DNA of 64,000 nucleotides from an uncultured Candidatus Saccharibacteria bacterium (GCA_964494945.1 CAZBTX010000002.1:38696-102695), one strand, 5' to 3'; shown: positions 1 to 9,916, numbered from the stretch's first letter. Notes: generated by a model from the sequence alone, not told the origin. A program made the numbers and translations.

Positions 1-553
1 GTTCTGTACCATCCATGCGCGGAGCGGCGTGGAAACCATGCGGGCTTTTCAGGACGCAGCGTTCAAAGTTGCCGAGGGCCAAGCCAAGCAGTATCAGATG
101 CCCGTCAGTGACTGGATGACCAGAATTCTCGGTGTCACCGTCCTCACCAGTGAGACCTACGATTCGCTCCGCAAACAGGGGCTCGTTGAAATGGTTTTCC
201 CCGCCTTCGAAGAATTCGCAAGACGTGAAGAGGACAGGGAGGTAGAGAAACTTGTTCTACGCCTCGCCCTGGATGCACATACCGCAGGGCTCGACGGCGT
301 TGTATGCCCATCGCGCTTTACGACAGCGGTACGTAAAGAGTTCGGGCCGGGCTTCATCATCGTGAATCCCGGCATCCGCTTTGCTGGCTCGCCAGCTGAT
401 GATCACACGAACCCGATGACGCCCAGCCAAGCTATCGCCGCCGGCGCTGATTACATCGTGATGGGCCGCCCTATCACCGGGGCCGCCGACCCCATCGCGG
501 CCGCGAAGCGCGTGGTTGATGAGATCGCGGAAGCGTCTGTGAAAAGAGCGTGA
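1..553 (+). CDS. pyrF: orotidine 5'-phosphate decarboxylase (PyrF), 5'-truncated at window edge
   Basis: The reading frame is open back to nt 2. C-terminal OMP decarboxylase-like motifs are present (DGVVC, NPGIR, ADYIVMGRPIT). The segment is GC-rich by eye compared with its neighbours. Confidence 0.55.
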   Translation, partial: FCTIHARSGVETMRAFQDAAFKVAEGQAKQYQMPVSDWMTRILGVTVLTSETYDSLRKQGLVEMVFPAFEEFARREEDREVEKLVLRLALDAHTAGLDGVVCPSRFTTAVRKEFGPGFIIVNPGIRFAGSPADDHTNPMTPSQAIAAGADYIVMGRPITGAADPIAAAKRVVDEIAEASVKRA

Positions 554-573
554 AGCGGTAGAAGCCACGCCGC

Positions 574-622
574 CCCGATTTACTGGGACGGCGTGGCTAG
601 ATTTTTTATAAACGCCGAATAT
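574..622 (+). terminator. rho-independent terminator after pyrF
   Basis: A 10-bp stem agccacgccg/cggcgtggct is followed by agatttttt. Confidence 0.55.
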
Positions 623-659
623 GGTATAGAGTAAAAGGCATAGCTGTTTCAATAAAATA

Positions 660-1523
660 ATGAGCACCTTAAAAGAGTTAAGCATACTAGACCCTTCGTA
701 CTCAAAACTTTTAAAAGAGACCCATTCAGCCCCGGAAAAACTTTTTGTCCGCGGGAATTTTAATATCAAACCCGATGATTGGACAATTGCTATTGTCGGT
801 ACTAGAAAGCCAACAGAATACGGCCGCACTATCGCGCGCCGTTTCGCCGAGGACCTGGCTCGCGCGGGTGCCGTGATTATCTCGGGGCTTGCCACCGGCA
901 TTGATAGCGAAGCGCACAGAGGAGCGTTAAAAGCCGGCGGCAAAACCGTGGCCGTCATCGGCTCGGGACTTGATCGCGCATCATTTTTCCCCAGTGCCAA
1001 TTGGTCGCTAGCCGAAACCATCGCTAAAGAAAACGGCACCGTGATTTCCGAATACGCAGAAGGCACGCCGGCTCTCCCTCATCACTTTCCCGAAAGAAAT
1101 AGAATTATCGCGGGATTATCCCAAGGCGTCATTGTAGTTGAGGCCCAGGAAAAAAGCGGGGCTTCCATTACCGCGCGCCTGGCGCTTGAAGAAAATCGGG
1201 ATGTTTTTGCCGTACCCGGCTCCATTTTTTCCCCCACCTCCGCCCTCCCCAACCGCCTTATAAAAGAAGGTGCAACCCCCATAACTTCGGCTGATGACGT
1301 TATGGATTTTTACGGCAAGACCAAATCAAGCATTCCGCCCGCTAATGGGTCATTTAACGGACTGGAAGCCATTATTATAGAAGCGCTCTCGGAACCAAGA
1401 ACGATTGATGACCTAAAACAGATGACTAAAGCCGAAACCGGCCCATTGCAGGCCTCGCTTTCGCTGTTGGAATTGAACGGGACTATCGCGGAAATCGCCC
1501 ATGGACAATATCAAAAAATTTGA
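660..1523 (+). CDS. dprA: DNA processing protein DprA (Smf)
   Basis: Rossmann-like DprA motifs GLATGIDSEAH, AVIGSGLD and FPERNRIIAGLS are present. The gene lies upstream of topA, the classic dprA-topA arrangement. Confidence 0.8.
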   Translation: MSTLKELSILDPSYSKLLKETHSAPEKLFVRGNFNIKPDDWTIAIVGTRKPTEYGRTIARRFAEDLARAGAVIISGLATGIDSEAHRGALKAGGKTVAVIGSGLDRASFFPSANWSLAETIAKENGTVISEYAEGTPALPHHFPERNRIIAGLSQGVIVVEAQEKSGASITARLALEENRDVFAVPGSIFSPTSALPNRLIKEGATPITSADDVMDFYGKTKSSIPPANGSFNGLEAIIIEALSEPRTIDDLKQMTKAETGPLQASLSLLELNGTIAEIAHGQYQKI

Positions 1524-1699
1524 CATGCACTACCACTCTATGGTTAGTATCTAGGATTAGTTATCAACTCGAACCGTCTTTTCAAAAACGTTTGCTTCTT
1601 CCGCCGAGAATCAAACTCGCCGACCTCCTCGCAATTCGCTTCGCGAAACCAACGTTCTCCGTCAGTCGAGCGTTTTGAAAAGAGGTTCTTCGTAAATTA

Positions 1700-3730
1700 A
1701 TGAACGTAGGAATGAAAGAAAAAAGTTTAGTCATCGTTGAGTCACCCACTAAAGCGCGTACTATCTCCGGATTTCTCGGGAGCAATTTTGTGATTGAATC
1801 AAGTTATGGGCACGTGCGGGACTTGCCTAAATCCAAGATCGGCATTGATTTTGAAAATAACTTTGAACCGAAATATATCGTCCCGCAAAAAGCCAAAGCC
1901 AACGTCAAAAAATTAAAGGAACTGGCAAAAAAAGCCAAAAATATAATTCTGGCAACCGACGAAGACCGCGAAGGCGAGGCTATCGCTTGGCATCTTATTT
2001 CGGCGCTGAATCTCGAAGATAAACCGGGAGGCAACATTCAGCGCATCGTGTTCCACGAAATTACCGAGCACGCCATCAAAGAGGCCATGGAAAGTCCTAG
2101 GGACTTGGACATGAAATTGATCAATGCCCAGCAGGCCCGCCGCATTTTGGATAGGATCGTGGGCTATAAATTATCACCGTTTTTGTGGAAAAAAGTAGCT
2201 CGTGGGCTTTCTGCCGGCCGGGTACAGTCGGTGACGGTCCGGCTTGTGGTGGAAAGAGAGCGCGAGATACAAAACTTTAAACCTGAAGAATACTGGTCTC
2301 TGGAGGCCGACCTCGAAACTGACGAAGGCGAAAAGTTTCGGGCCTATCTTACGAAATATCAAGGCAAGGCGGTTAGCAAACTGGATATTAAAAACGAGGC
2401 CGAAGCAAAACGCATCGCCGATGAGGCAAAAAAAACATCATGGATAGTCACCAACGTTGAGAAAAAAGCCAAGACCAGTTATCCCCTGCCGCCCTTCACC
2501 ACTTCCACTCTCCAGCAAGAGGCCTCGCGCCGTCTCGGTTTTTCCGCGAAGCAAACTATGGTTCTGGCCCAGCAGCTTTATGAAGGAGTAGATACCGGCA
2601 AGGGGCAAATGGGTTTAATTACTTACATGCGCACTGATTCGCTGAACTTGGCGCAATCTGCCGTGATTGATGCCGCTTCATTTATTAAAGAAGTTTTCGG
2701 CCAAAATTATGTTTTGCCCAAGCCCCGATTTTTCAAAACCAAATCCAAAGGCGCCCAGGAAGCGCACGAGGCCATTCGCCCCACGAATCCGCACTTAACG
2801 CCGGAACTTTTAAGGTCGCGTCTGGATAAGCGCCAATTGAAACTTTATGAACTGATTTGGCGCCGATTTGTGGCCACTCAAATGCCGGAAGCCGTATTTG
2901 ACGCTACCACGATTGACGTAAAAGCCGGTGAAGCAATTTTCCGGGCTACGGGACAGATCTTAAAATTTGACGGATTCCTCAAGGTCTATCCGACCAAAAC
3001 CGAAGAAGTTATACTCCCTGAAGTTTCACCCGAAGAAGAAGTAAAATTGGTTTCCCTTGATACCCTGCAGCATTTCACCGAGCCGCCGGCGAGATACACC
3101 GACGCGTCACTTATCAAAACCCTGGAAGCCGCCGGTGTCGGCCGCCCGTCCACTTACGCCCCGACGCTTTCCACCATTCAAAACCGGGGCTATGTGGAAA
3201 AAGACGAAAGAAAAAGATACCGCCCCACGGATATGGGCATTATGGTAAACGACTTATTGGTGGAGCACTTCCCGGAAGTCGTGGATATTGAGTTCACGGC
3301 AAAAATGGAGGAAGAGCTGGATGAGGTGGCTGAAGGCGTCAAAGCATGGCAGCCGGTCATTCGCGAATTTTACGAGCCCTTCTCGCGGCATCTCGAAACC
3401 AAATACGAAGAAGTGGAAAAACAAAACCACGATGAGGCCACGGATGAGGCCTGCGAAAAGTGCGGGAAACCCATGGTCATCAAGTTCGGCAGATTCGGGC
3501 GCTTCATGGCTTGCTCGGGTTTCCCCGAATGCAAAACAACCAAGAACATCAAAAAAGAAGTTGTTTCCACCGGGGTTAAATGCCCCAAATGCGGTGAGGG
3601 AGACATCGTACAAAGATTTACCAGAAAAAAGAGATTATTTTTCGGCTGCTCCAGATACCCCGACTGCGACTACGCCACCTGGACCAACCCCAACGACAAG
3701 AAAAAAGAAGAGCTAAAAACCGAGGAATAA
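1700..3730 (+). CDS. topA: DNA topoisomerase I
   Basis: TOPRIM N-terminus (VIVESPTKA, GHVRDLP), the topo IA core, and C-terminal CxxC zinc ribbons (CEKCGKPM, CPKCGEGD). An alternative start at 1712 is possible. Confidence 0.85.
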   Translation: MNVGMKEKSLVIVESPTKARTISGFLGSNFVIESSYGHVRDLPKSKIGIDFENNFEPKYIVPQKAKANVKKLKELAKKAKNIILATDEDREGEAIAWHLISALNLEDKPGGNIQRIVFHEITEHAIKEAMESPRDLDMKLINAQQARRILDRIVGYKLSPFLWKKVARGLSAGRVQSVTVRLVVEREREIQNFKPEEYWSLEADLETDEGEKFRAYLTKYQGKAVSKLDIKNEAEAKRIADEAKKTSWIVTNVEKKAKTSYPLPPFTTSTLQQEASRRLGFSAKQTMVLAQQLYEGVDTGKGQMGLITYMRTDSLNLAQSAVIDAASFIKEVFGQNYVLPKPRFFKTKSKGAQEAHEAIRPTNPHLTPELLRSRLDKRQLKLYELIWRRFVATQMPEAVFDATTIDVKAGEAIFRATGQILKFDGFLKVYPTKTEEVILPEVSPEEEVKLVSLDTLQHFTEPPARYTDASLIKTLEAAGVGRPSTYAPTLSTIQNRGYVEKDERKRYRPTDMGIMVNDLLVEHFPEVVDIEFTAKMEEELDEVAEGVKAWQPVIREFYEPFSRHLETKYEEVEKQNHDEATDEACEKCGKPMVIKFGRFGRFMACSGFPECKTTKNIKKEVVSTGVKCPKCGEGDIVQRFTRKKRLFFGCSRYPDCDYATWTNPNDKKKEELKTEE

Positions 3731-3801
3731 TCTTAGTTGATTTAATATCTTACATATGCAATAAAGAGACAAGTAAAAAATCCGGCCGAAAGGAGAAGCT
3801 G

Positions 3802-4680
3802 ATGCTTATCTTGGTTAGAGAGTCCCTACCACGTTGGTATGGCCTCTCCTGGAGGCCGAAGGAAGTAGCTCTGGCTCTTTTCATCCATGATGAGTTCCTA
3901 CGAGAAGAAACGCGGCGAAGGATCGCCGATCCCGAGACCATCGAGGCAATAAAGCAGGAATTCAAGTTCGTCACTTTCGACGGCAGTTTCGAGACCGGCT
4001 TTGGGTTCGACGGCTCTCTCGCCTTCGAGAAGCGCGAGAATGACTTCCGATTTTTCCTCGCGCGCCTGCCGAAAATCCGCAGGCAACTCAAGTCGCACTG
4101 TAAGAGCTGCAGGGGTACCAAGAAGGACCAGTATCTGGGAGACAGGGAGTGCTTTGATTGCAGAGGCACGGGCAAAGAGGTGATTTATGACCACAAACCC
4201 GGCTACGCGCTCTCGGCGAGCCTAAACCTCTTCTTCCGAGCCGCCCGATTCATCGACCAGAAAACGTCGGCGAAACTTCCTCAGCTCTTCACCGTACACC
4301 TCGTAACAACACGGGGCATGCACGGTGCGGAGCTCGGCGGAGAGTACGGCATCGAGCTAGCGGATTGGCTACGCCGGCAAGTCGTTCAACAGAACCTCGA
4401 CGCCGTGACGGATGCAATGATGCAAGCTCACGGGAGGCTCATAGGAAATTATCTCTATGAGCGGTACCACTTCCGAGCAAGCGTTGGGAGTGCGAACGGC
4501 TCGCTCAATGTCAACTGCCCGGGAGATGCCTGCTGTCTCCATCCGGGTTACCGCGGCATTGAACCTGACGGGGGCTACGAGTTCTCTTCACACAACGTCG
4601 ACAATCCCCATCAGCAACTCACGCTCCTTGCGGGACTAGCCGCACTGCATGAGCGGGTGGATCAAGAGCTACCCGAGTAA
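3802..4680 (+). CDS. hypothetical protein with DnaJ-type CxxCxGxG zinc-finger pair (GC-rich island)
   Basis: AAGGAG Shine-Dalgarno 6 nt upstream of the ATG. Motifs CKSCRGTK and CFDCRGTG are present. GC-rich by eye. Its own terminator follows. Confidence 0.5.
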   Translation: MLILVRESLPRWYGLSWRPKEVALALFIHDEFLREETRRRIADPETIEAIKQEFKFVTFDGSFETGFGFDGSLAFEKRENDFRFFLARLPKIRRQLKSHCKSCRGTKKDQYLGDRECFDCRGTGKEVIYDHKPGYALSASLNLFFRAARFIDQKTSAKLPQLFTVHLVTTRGMHGAELGGEYGIELADWLRRQVVQQNLDAVTDAMMQAHGRLIGNYLYERYHFRASVGSANGSLNVNCPGDACCLHPGYRGIEPDGGYEFSSHNVDNPHQQLTLLAGLAALHERVDQELPE

Positions 4681-4681
4681 G

Positions 4682-4735
4682 ACCCATCGTCAGCAACAAA
4701 GAGGCCTGTTGCCGCGACGATGGGTTTCTTTGTTT
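4682..4735 (+). terminator. rho-independent terminator (nested hairpin)
   Basis: Stem cccatcgtc/gacgatggg encloses an inner gcaaca/tgttgc hairpin and is followed by tttctttgttt. Confidence 0.6.
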
Positions 4736-4751
4736 ATAAAAACTTGCGCTA

Positions 4752-6509
4752 ATGCTTAATTCATACTATCACTTGAGATACATTCTCATGTCGTTCGCCG
4801 AACTCAAAGAAAAAATCATAAAAAATTACGACACTACCGACATTACGCTTGTTGAACGTGCCTACAAATTCGCCGAAAAAGTCCATGAAGGACAAACCAG
4901 GAAATCGGGGGACGCCTATATCACTCACCCTCTAGCCATAGCTTCGGCGCTGGCCGATCTAAAATTAGACCAAGCCACTATCGCGGCCGCGCTCTTGCAT
5001 GACGTTATAGAAGACGGAGGTGCTACGGAGGACGACGTTAAAAAAGAATTCGGCGAAGATGTGGCCTTCCTGGTGGAGGGCGTCACCAAGCTCGGCAAAC
5101 TGAAATACCGCGGCGCGGAGAGGATGGCTGAATCCTTGCGTAAAATGTTCTTGGCTACCGCCGAGGACATTCGCGTGGTTTTAATTAAACTGATGGATCG
5201 CGCGCACAATATGGAGACCTTAAGGGCTTTGCCGGAAGAAAAGCAAAAACGCATCGCCCTAGAGACCCTGGAGATCTACGCGCCGCTGGCGGATCGCCTG
5301 GGGCTGGGCCAGTTAAAAGCACGGCTGGAAGACCTGGCTTTCCCCTATGTTTATCCCGAAGAATACCAATGGCTGCAAAATAACGTAAAAGAGGCGTTTA
5401 AAGAAAGAGTAAAATACATTGAGCATATAATGCCGGTAGTGCGCGAGTTGCTTTCCAAAGAAAACATTCCGGTGCTCGCCATGGATGCTCGGGCCAAGCA
5501 CCAATACAGCTTGTGGAGAAAACTCGCGAAATTTGACATGGACGTTACAAAAATCAACGACCTCGTGGCCCTTCGCATCATTGTCCCCACCGTTTCCGAC
5601 TGTTATCAGGCATTAGGAGCAATTCATGCCGGGTGGCGTCCGCTCCCCGGGAAAATCAAGGACTATATTGCTTTACCTAAACCCAACGGATACAAATCGC
5701 TTCACACCACCGTTTTCGGGCCTGACGGCGAAATTGTGGAATTTCAAATTAGGACCGAGGAAATGCATGAGGAAGCCGAGCATGGCATCGCGGCGCACTG
5801 GGCTTATAACGAACATAAAAAGACCAAAGGATATAAAACATCAGCGCCGTCCGAGGCCGACAAAGACAAGATACATTGGGTAAGCCAGTTAAAGGACTGG
5901 CAAAAAGACGTGCCCGACCCCAATGAATTCCTGAATTCCCTGAAAATTGAATTCTTCAAAAACCGCATCTTCGTTCTGACTCCCAAAGGAGACGCGATTG
6001 ACTTGCCGGAGGGCGCTACCGCGCTGGATTTTGCATACCATGTGCATTCTCAAATCGGGGATACCGCCTCGGGGGCTAGGGTTAACGGCAAAATGGTGCC
6101 ATTAAATCATGAGCTCTCCAATTTTGACGTGGCGGAAATAATTACGCAAAAAAATAAAAAGCCGAGCGCGGATTGGTTGGGGTTCGTAAAAACCTCCATG
6201 GCGCGCCGCCACATCACGTCCAAAATTCGCCGGGCCGAAGAAGACCGCAGATTTTCCGAGCATCAGGGTAAACAAATGGTGGAAGTCAGGGTTATCGCCA
6301 AAGATCGCGTGGGCTTGGTTAATGATCTAACAGCTGTTGTGGCTTCATTCAAGATCAACATTAAAGGCATGCGTACAGAAAGAGGTGAGCGTAGCCATCC
6401 TTTGGTTTTAATGAACTGCCCAGTAAAATCCAACGACGAAATGAGAAAACTCCTGATGAAATTAAAGAGCGTAAGGGGCGTGGAGGAAGTGGGTTATAGG
6501 ATTATCTAG
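4752..6509 (+). CDS. rel: bifunctional (p)ppGpp synthetase/hydrolase Rel/SpoT family
   Basis: HD domain (HDVIEDG), RelA/SpoT synthetase domain (NGYKSLHTTV), TGS domain (IFVLTPKGD) and C-terminal ACT domain. The true start may be at 4788 (MSFAELKEK). Confidence 0.8.
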   Translation: MLNSYYHLRYILMSFAELKEKIIKNYDTTDITLVERAYKFAEKVHEGQTRKSGDAYITHPLAIASALADLKLDQATIAAALLHDVIEDGGATEDDVKKEFGEDVAFLVEGVTKLGKLKYRGAERMAESLRKMFLATAEDIRVVLIKLMDRAHNMETLRALPEEKQKRIALETLEIYAPLADRLGLGQLKARLEDLAFPYVYPEEYQWLQNNVKEAFKERVKYIEHIMPVVRELLSKENIPVLAMDARAKHQYSLWRKLAKFDMDVTKINDLVALRIIVPTVSDCYQALGAIHAGWRPLPGKIKDYIALPKPNGYKSLHTTVFGPDGEIVEFQIRTEEMHEEAEHGIAAHWAYNEHKKTKGYKTSAPSEADKDKIHWVSQLKDWQKDVPDPNEFLNSLKIEFFKNRIFVLTPKGDAIDLPEGATALDFAYHVHSQIGDTASGARVNGKMVPLNHELSNFDVAEIITQKNKKPSADWLGFVKTSMARRHITSKIRRAEEDRRFSEHQGKQMVEVRVIAKDRVGLVNDLTAVVASFKINIKGMRTERGERSHPLVLMNCPVKSNDEMRKLLMKLKSVRGVEEVGYRII

Positions 6510-6520
6510 TTTTTGCCTTC

Positions 6521-7312
6521 TTATTTCTCTTTGCGTTTCCGTCTGAACCTAATGGGCCAAAAAGTTTCAATATCTTTTTTAGAAAAACCCCGTTGCCGAA
6601 GGAAATCTAAAACCTTGGTGGTTTTGGCTAATTCGGGCTCGTCGAGGTGGAGTTTCTGCAATTCTGCCCTCGTTTCTTCATCTAGATGGTGGAAAATTTC
6701 TGCAAATAATTCACGACTCGTTTCTACATCTAATACGCCTTCTTCTATGGCCTCAAACAGATCACTGAATGTCGCGTCTTGGGTAAGTGATACTGTTGTT
6801 AGAGCACCTTCGTTATCATCTTCTTTTTCCCTCAAAATTTCCCATTTCCTGTCTTTCTCCTTTTGTTTCTCTATTTTTTCTTTTTTTCTTTCTTCCTGAT
6901 TAAAAAGCTCCTTAGCGCGTCTATACTCTTCACTATCTATCCCATAAAGATACTCGGCGGCAACTATATTTGATGGTTGTTGCCCTAATAACTCTTGGTA
7001 AGTTCTGCGCGCTGTTTCTCTAACCTCATCTTCAGTAGCAATACCGGTGTTTCGAGCCATACGCAAAGCCATATCAACGCTATAACCCCTACGAAGGTCT
7101 GCTTTGATGACGCGGAGAGCGTATGTTTTTACTTTTTCTTCTGGTACTTCTATTTCTCTGGCTTTTTTTATTTGAGCCGCCCCTCCTTCCGAAGTATCCA
7201 GATCCTTAAGTATCCGCTCTCTTTTCTCACTCATCCCTTTTTGGTCTTCGGTCATAATTTCCTCCGCTTTCTGAAATTCTTCCGGCGTTGGGCTGTACTT
7301 TTCTTGAGGCAT
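6521..7312 (-). CDS. hypothetical Lys/Glu-rich coiled-coil protein
   Basis: Long ORF with a highly charged KE-rich central region. No recognisable domain. Lies directly downstream of parB. Confidence 0.45.
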   Translation of the reverse strand: MPQEKYSPTPEEFQKAEEIMTEDQKGMSEKRERILKDLDTSEGGAAQIKKAREIEVPEEKVKTYALRVIKADLRRGYSVDMALRMARNTGIATEDEVRETARRTYQELLGQQPSNIVAAEYLYGIDSEEYRRAKELFNQEERKKEKIEKQKEKDRKWEILREKEDDNEGALTTVSLTQDATFSDLFEAIEEGVLDVETSRELFAEIFHHLDEETRAELQKLHLDEPELAKTTKVLDFLRQRGFSKKDIETFWPIRFRRKRKEK

Positions 7313-7335
7313 AAGGGATTGGTATTTTTAGTAAT

Positions 7336-8349
7336 TTAAAGTGACACCCCGCGTTCTTTTAGCACCTTATCAATGATGGCGCGTAGTTCTTCGTCGGAAT
7401 AAAACTCAATTACTATCTTGCCCCGGTCGCCAATCTTTTGCACTTGAACTTTTGTTCCCAGCATTTCTTGCAGTTTGGACTGCCAATCGCGGGTTTCCGG
7501 GTCTCCAGGCGAGCCGAAGCGTTTGCGCGGTTTTAATTCCCTGCCTGAAAGACGGCGTGCTGACATTTCAGCATCTCTTACCGAAAGCTTAGAATTGATA
7601 ATTTCCTCGTAGAGCGCTCTCCGCTGGTCCTCACCGTCACCCGCCATCAGAATCGCCCGGGCGTGCCCCTCGGTTATTTCACCTTTGGCGATGGCGTCCT
7701 GCATATCCAGAGGCAACGACAAAAGGCGCAGAGTATTGGCCACCATTTCCCGGGACTTGCCGACTCTTTCGGCCACTTCTCTTTGCATCAGCTTGAAATC
7801 ATCAATCAACTGTCGGAAGGCTCTGGCGCGATCAATGGGACTTAGATCTTCGCGCTGGACATTCTCAATCAGCGCCAGTTCAAGCTTCATCCGCGCTTGG
7901 GGCTCCTTTTTGATAATGACCGGCACCTGATCCATCCCGGCCATGGCTGCCGCCCGCCATCGCCTCTCCCCCGCGATTAACTGATATTTTGTCTCAAGGC
8001 CCCGCGGCGTTTCCACTTCCACCCGGGAAACAATTATAGGTTGCAGCATCCCGTGAGTTTTCAGCGAATCGGCCAGATCTTTAAGAGCCGCTTCGTCAAA
8101 TTCGCGTCTGGGCTGATAGGGATTGGGTTCTATGCGGGAACGTTCTATCCAAAAAATACTTTCGTGCGCGCGGCGTTCGGTTAAGGGAGCTTCGGGTATT
8201 TCGGCTGATGGCGTGGTAAACCCCCACACCTTTTCTGGTTTCGCGGGAAAGGGTGTGGGGGTAAAACCCGCGGGTGGTCCGGCGGGCGCGGATGATTCCG
8301 AGGGTTCGGGGCCTTGTTTGATTGGATTTTGAGAAATTTCTCCTTCCAT
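7336..8349 (-). CDS. parB: ParB/Spo0J-like partition protein with Pro-rich N-terminal extension
   Basis: ParB N-domain motif GERRWRAA and HTH region ALIENVQREDLSPID are present. About 100 aa of Pro/Ser-rich extension precedes them. No parA is adjacent. Confidence 0.7.
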   Translation of the reverse strand: MEGEISQNPIKQGPEPSESSAPAGPPAGFTPTPFPAKPEKVWGFTTPSAEIPEAPLTERRAHESIFWIERSRIEPNPYQPRREFDEAALKDLADSLKTHGMLQPIIVSRVEVETPRGLETKYQLIAGERRWRAAAMAGMDQVPVIIKKEPQARMKLELALIENVQREDLSPIDRARAFRQLIDDFKLMQREVAERVGKSREMVANTLRLLSLPLDMQDAIAKGEITEGHARAILMAGDGEDQRRALYEEIINSKLSVRDAEMSARRLSGRELKPRKRFGSPGDPETRDWQSKLQEMLGTKVQVQKIGDRGKIVIEFYSDEELRAIIDKVLKERGVSL

Positions 8350-8570
8350 TACAGGTTTAGGATACCGTAGAGCTTATTCGTTGACAATGTAATCACGAAA
8401 ATCTAGTATTTTGATGCGCGCCGGAGTGGTGGAACCTCGCACCAAATTCCGAAGAAAAACTCTGGAATCACGCCCGCGGAAACGCCTGCGGCTCGCCGTA
8501 TCTTAACTCGGAACATAAAATGATAGAATTGGTGCGGGGCAGGCTGGCAGATTCACCCCGCACTAAATTT

Positions 8571-8654
8571 GCCGCTGTGGCGAAATTGGCATACGCGATG
8601 GACTCAAAATCCATTGGGGGCAACCCCGTGTCGGTTCAACTCCGACCAGCGGCA
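8571..8654 (+). tRNA. tRNA-Leu (anticodon CAA), class II with long variable arm
   Basis: Hand-folded. Acceptor gccgctg/cagcggc, 3-bp D stem, anticodon stem atgga/tccat with loop cTCAAaa, a variable stem-loop, T arm gtcgg-ttcaact-ccgac, discriminator A. CCA is not encoded. Confidence 0.7.
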
Positions 8655-9078
8655 TCAGAATACTCGGCAAATTTCAGTGTGGGGCGCGCAGGACTCAAAA
8701 TCCTGCGAGCGTAAGCTCATGAGGGGCAAAACGTGAATGTCTTCACGTCTTGCGGGAAATTAGCGTAGATTTATCGAAGCGTTAAAATTTCCCTGGGTTT
8801 CGCTGTGGGAAGCGAAACGACTCCCTCCTCCGGCACCAGAAAGGAAAAAGTAAGTCAGAGCTCGCCGCCTCGCAGAGCGAGGCGGCTCGCGCGTACTGCG
8901 TTTTCGGGCTGAATTCGAATTGGCGATTTTGCATTCGGGGAAAAATAATTTTTGGCCATACATTCTGAAATCCTAAACTCATAAATACCCTTGTTTTGTA
9001 GCCCAATTTTGCTTGACAACCACACTACTCTATGCTATGCTCTCGACATCGCGTGTCCAACCCCACAGGAGGATTCAC

Positions 9079-9543
9079 ATGCGCAAGTTCTTTGCAACCG
9101 GTCTCGTCGGTCTCGCCCTACTCGCTGGCCCTACATCTGTCGCACAAGCGCAGTGCCTGTTGTGCGGCGTCATCGGCTTTGCGATCGGCAGCAGCACGAG
9201 CGGCGTGAACGCCACTCCGCAGGATGTCTCCGGCGGTGGCGGCGCGGTGCTCTATATCGCGCCGAGGATCTCTGAACGCATCACCGAACCACTCGCTGTT
9301 CGCATAGCCTCCACTCCGGTCGCCGGTTTCTCCAGCGACACCGGATGGAACTACAAATGGAAAGGCATGACCATCCAGCAAATCTTCGAGAAGACGGTGA
9401 AGAATCCCGAGCAGTTTGTGGTGCTCGAAGTTATGCGCGTTGTCAATCCGAGCAACACCAACGCCGCGACGTTCTGGTTCGCCTATCTCGAAAAGCACAA
9501 GGTCGTCCCGCTCGAACGGCTCACGCCGCGCGAGCAGAAGTAG
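9079..9543 (+). CDS. small secreted hypothetical protein (signal peptide), GC-rich island
   Basis: AGGAGG Shine-Dalgarno at 9067-9072. N-terminus MRKFFATGLVGLALLAGPTSVAQA is signal-peptide-like. The ORF-track start at 9013 is probably too early. Confidence 0.5.
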   Translation: MRKFFATGLVGLALLAGPTSVAQAQCLLCGVIGFAIGSSTSGVNATPQDVSGGGGAVLYIAPRISERITEPLAVRIASTPVAGFSSDTGWNYKWKGMTIQQIFEKTVKNPEQFVVLEVMRVVNPSNTNAATFWFAYLEKHKVVPLERLTPREQK

Positions 9544-9916
9544 CCGCCCCAGCTTCGCTGGTGAAAGCCTCATGTTTGAAAGGAGCTTCGCGCTCACTTC
9601 AGCACGAGGCTTCTTTCTTTTTAATTCAAAGAGCAGTTGTATTCGCTTTGCGAATTCCTAGCCTAGTCCACCAAAGAAAAACTTGTCGTGCTCGAGACTG
9701 ATCCGCCTCTGGCGGAAAATTGTCAGCGGTGCGGCTCCCCGCCTGCGCCGAGGCTTCGGCTGGCAGGCGCCACGTTTCGGATTTTTCGCGGGGTGCTTTC
9801 CTCGCCGCCGCAGGCGGCGAAATGCGTTCGGACTAATTCAAGAATACTACGCCAAGAACAAACAAGTTTCGGTTTTTCCTATTTTTGATGGGTTTCCGCA
9901 ACGGAAGCCCATTGAC

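Noticed and set aside
157-1066. Antisense or overlapping ORFs opposite pyrF, dprA, valine/isoleucine synthetase genes and many others in the track
   Set aside because: They overlap well-supported genes on the opposite strand, lack RBSs and have low-complexity translations. They are treated as non-coding.
6513-6899. Ser/Phe-rich low-complexity ORF
   Set aside because: It is the reverse complement of the KE-rich region of the 6521-7312 gene and so an artefact.
8381-8520. parS site upstream of parB
   Set aside because: No TGTTNCACGTGAAACA-like palindrome was found in the parB flanks.
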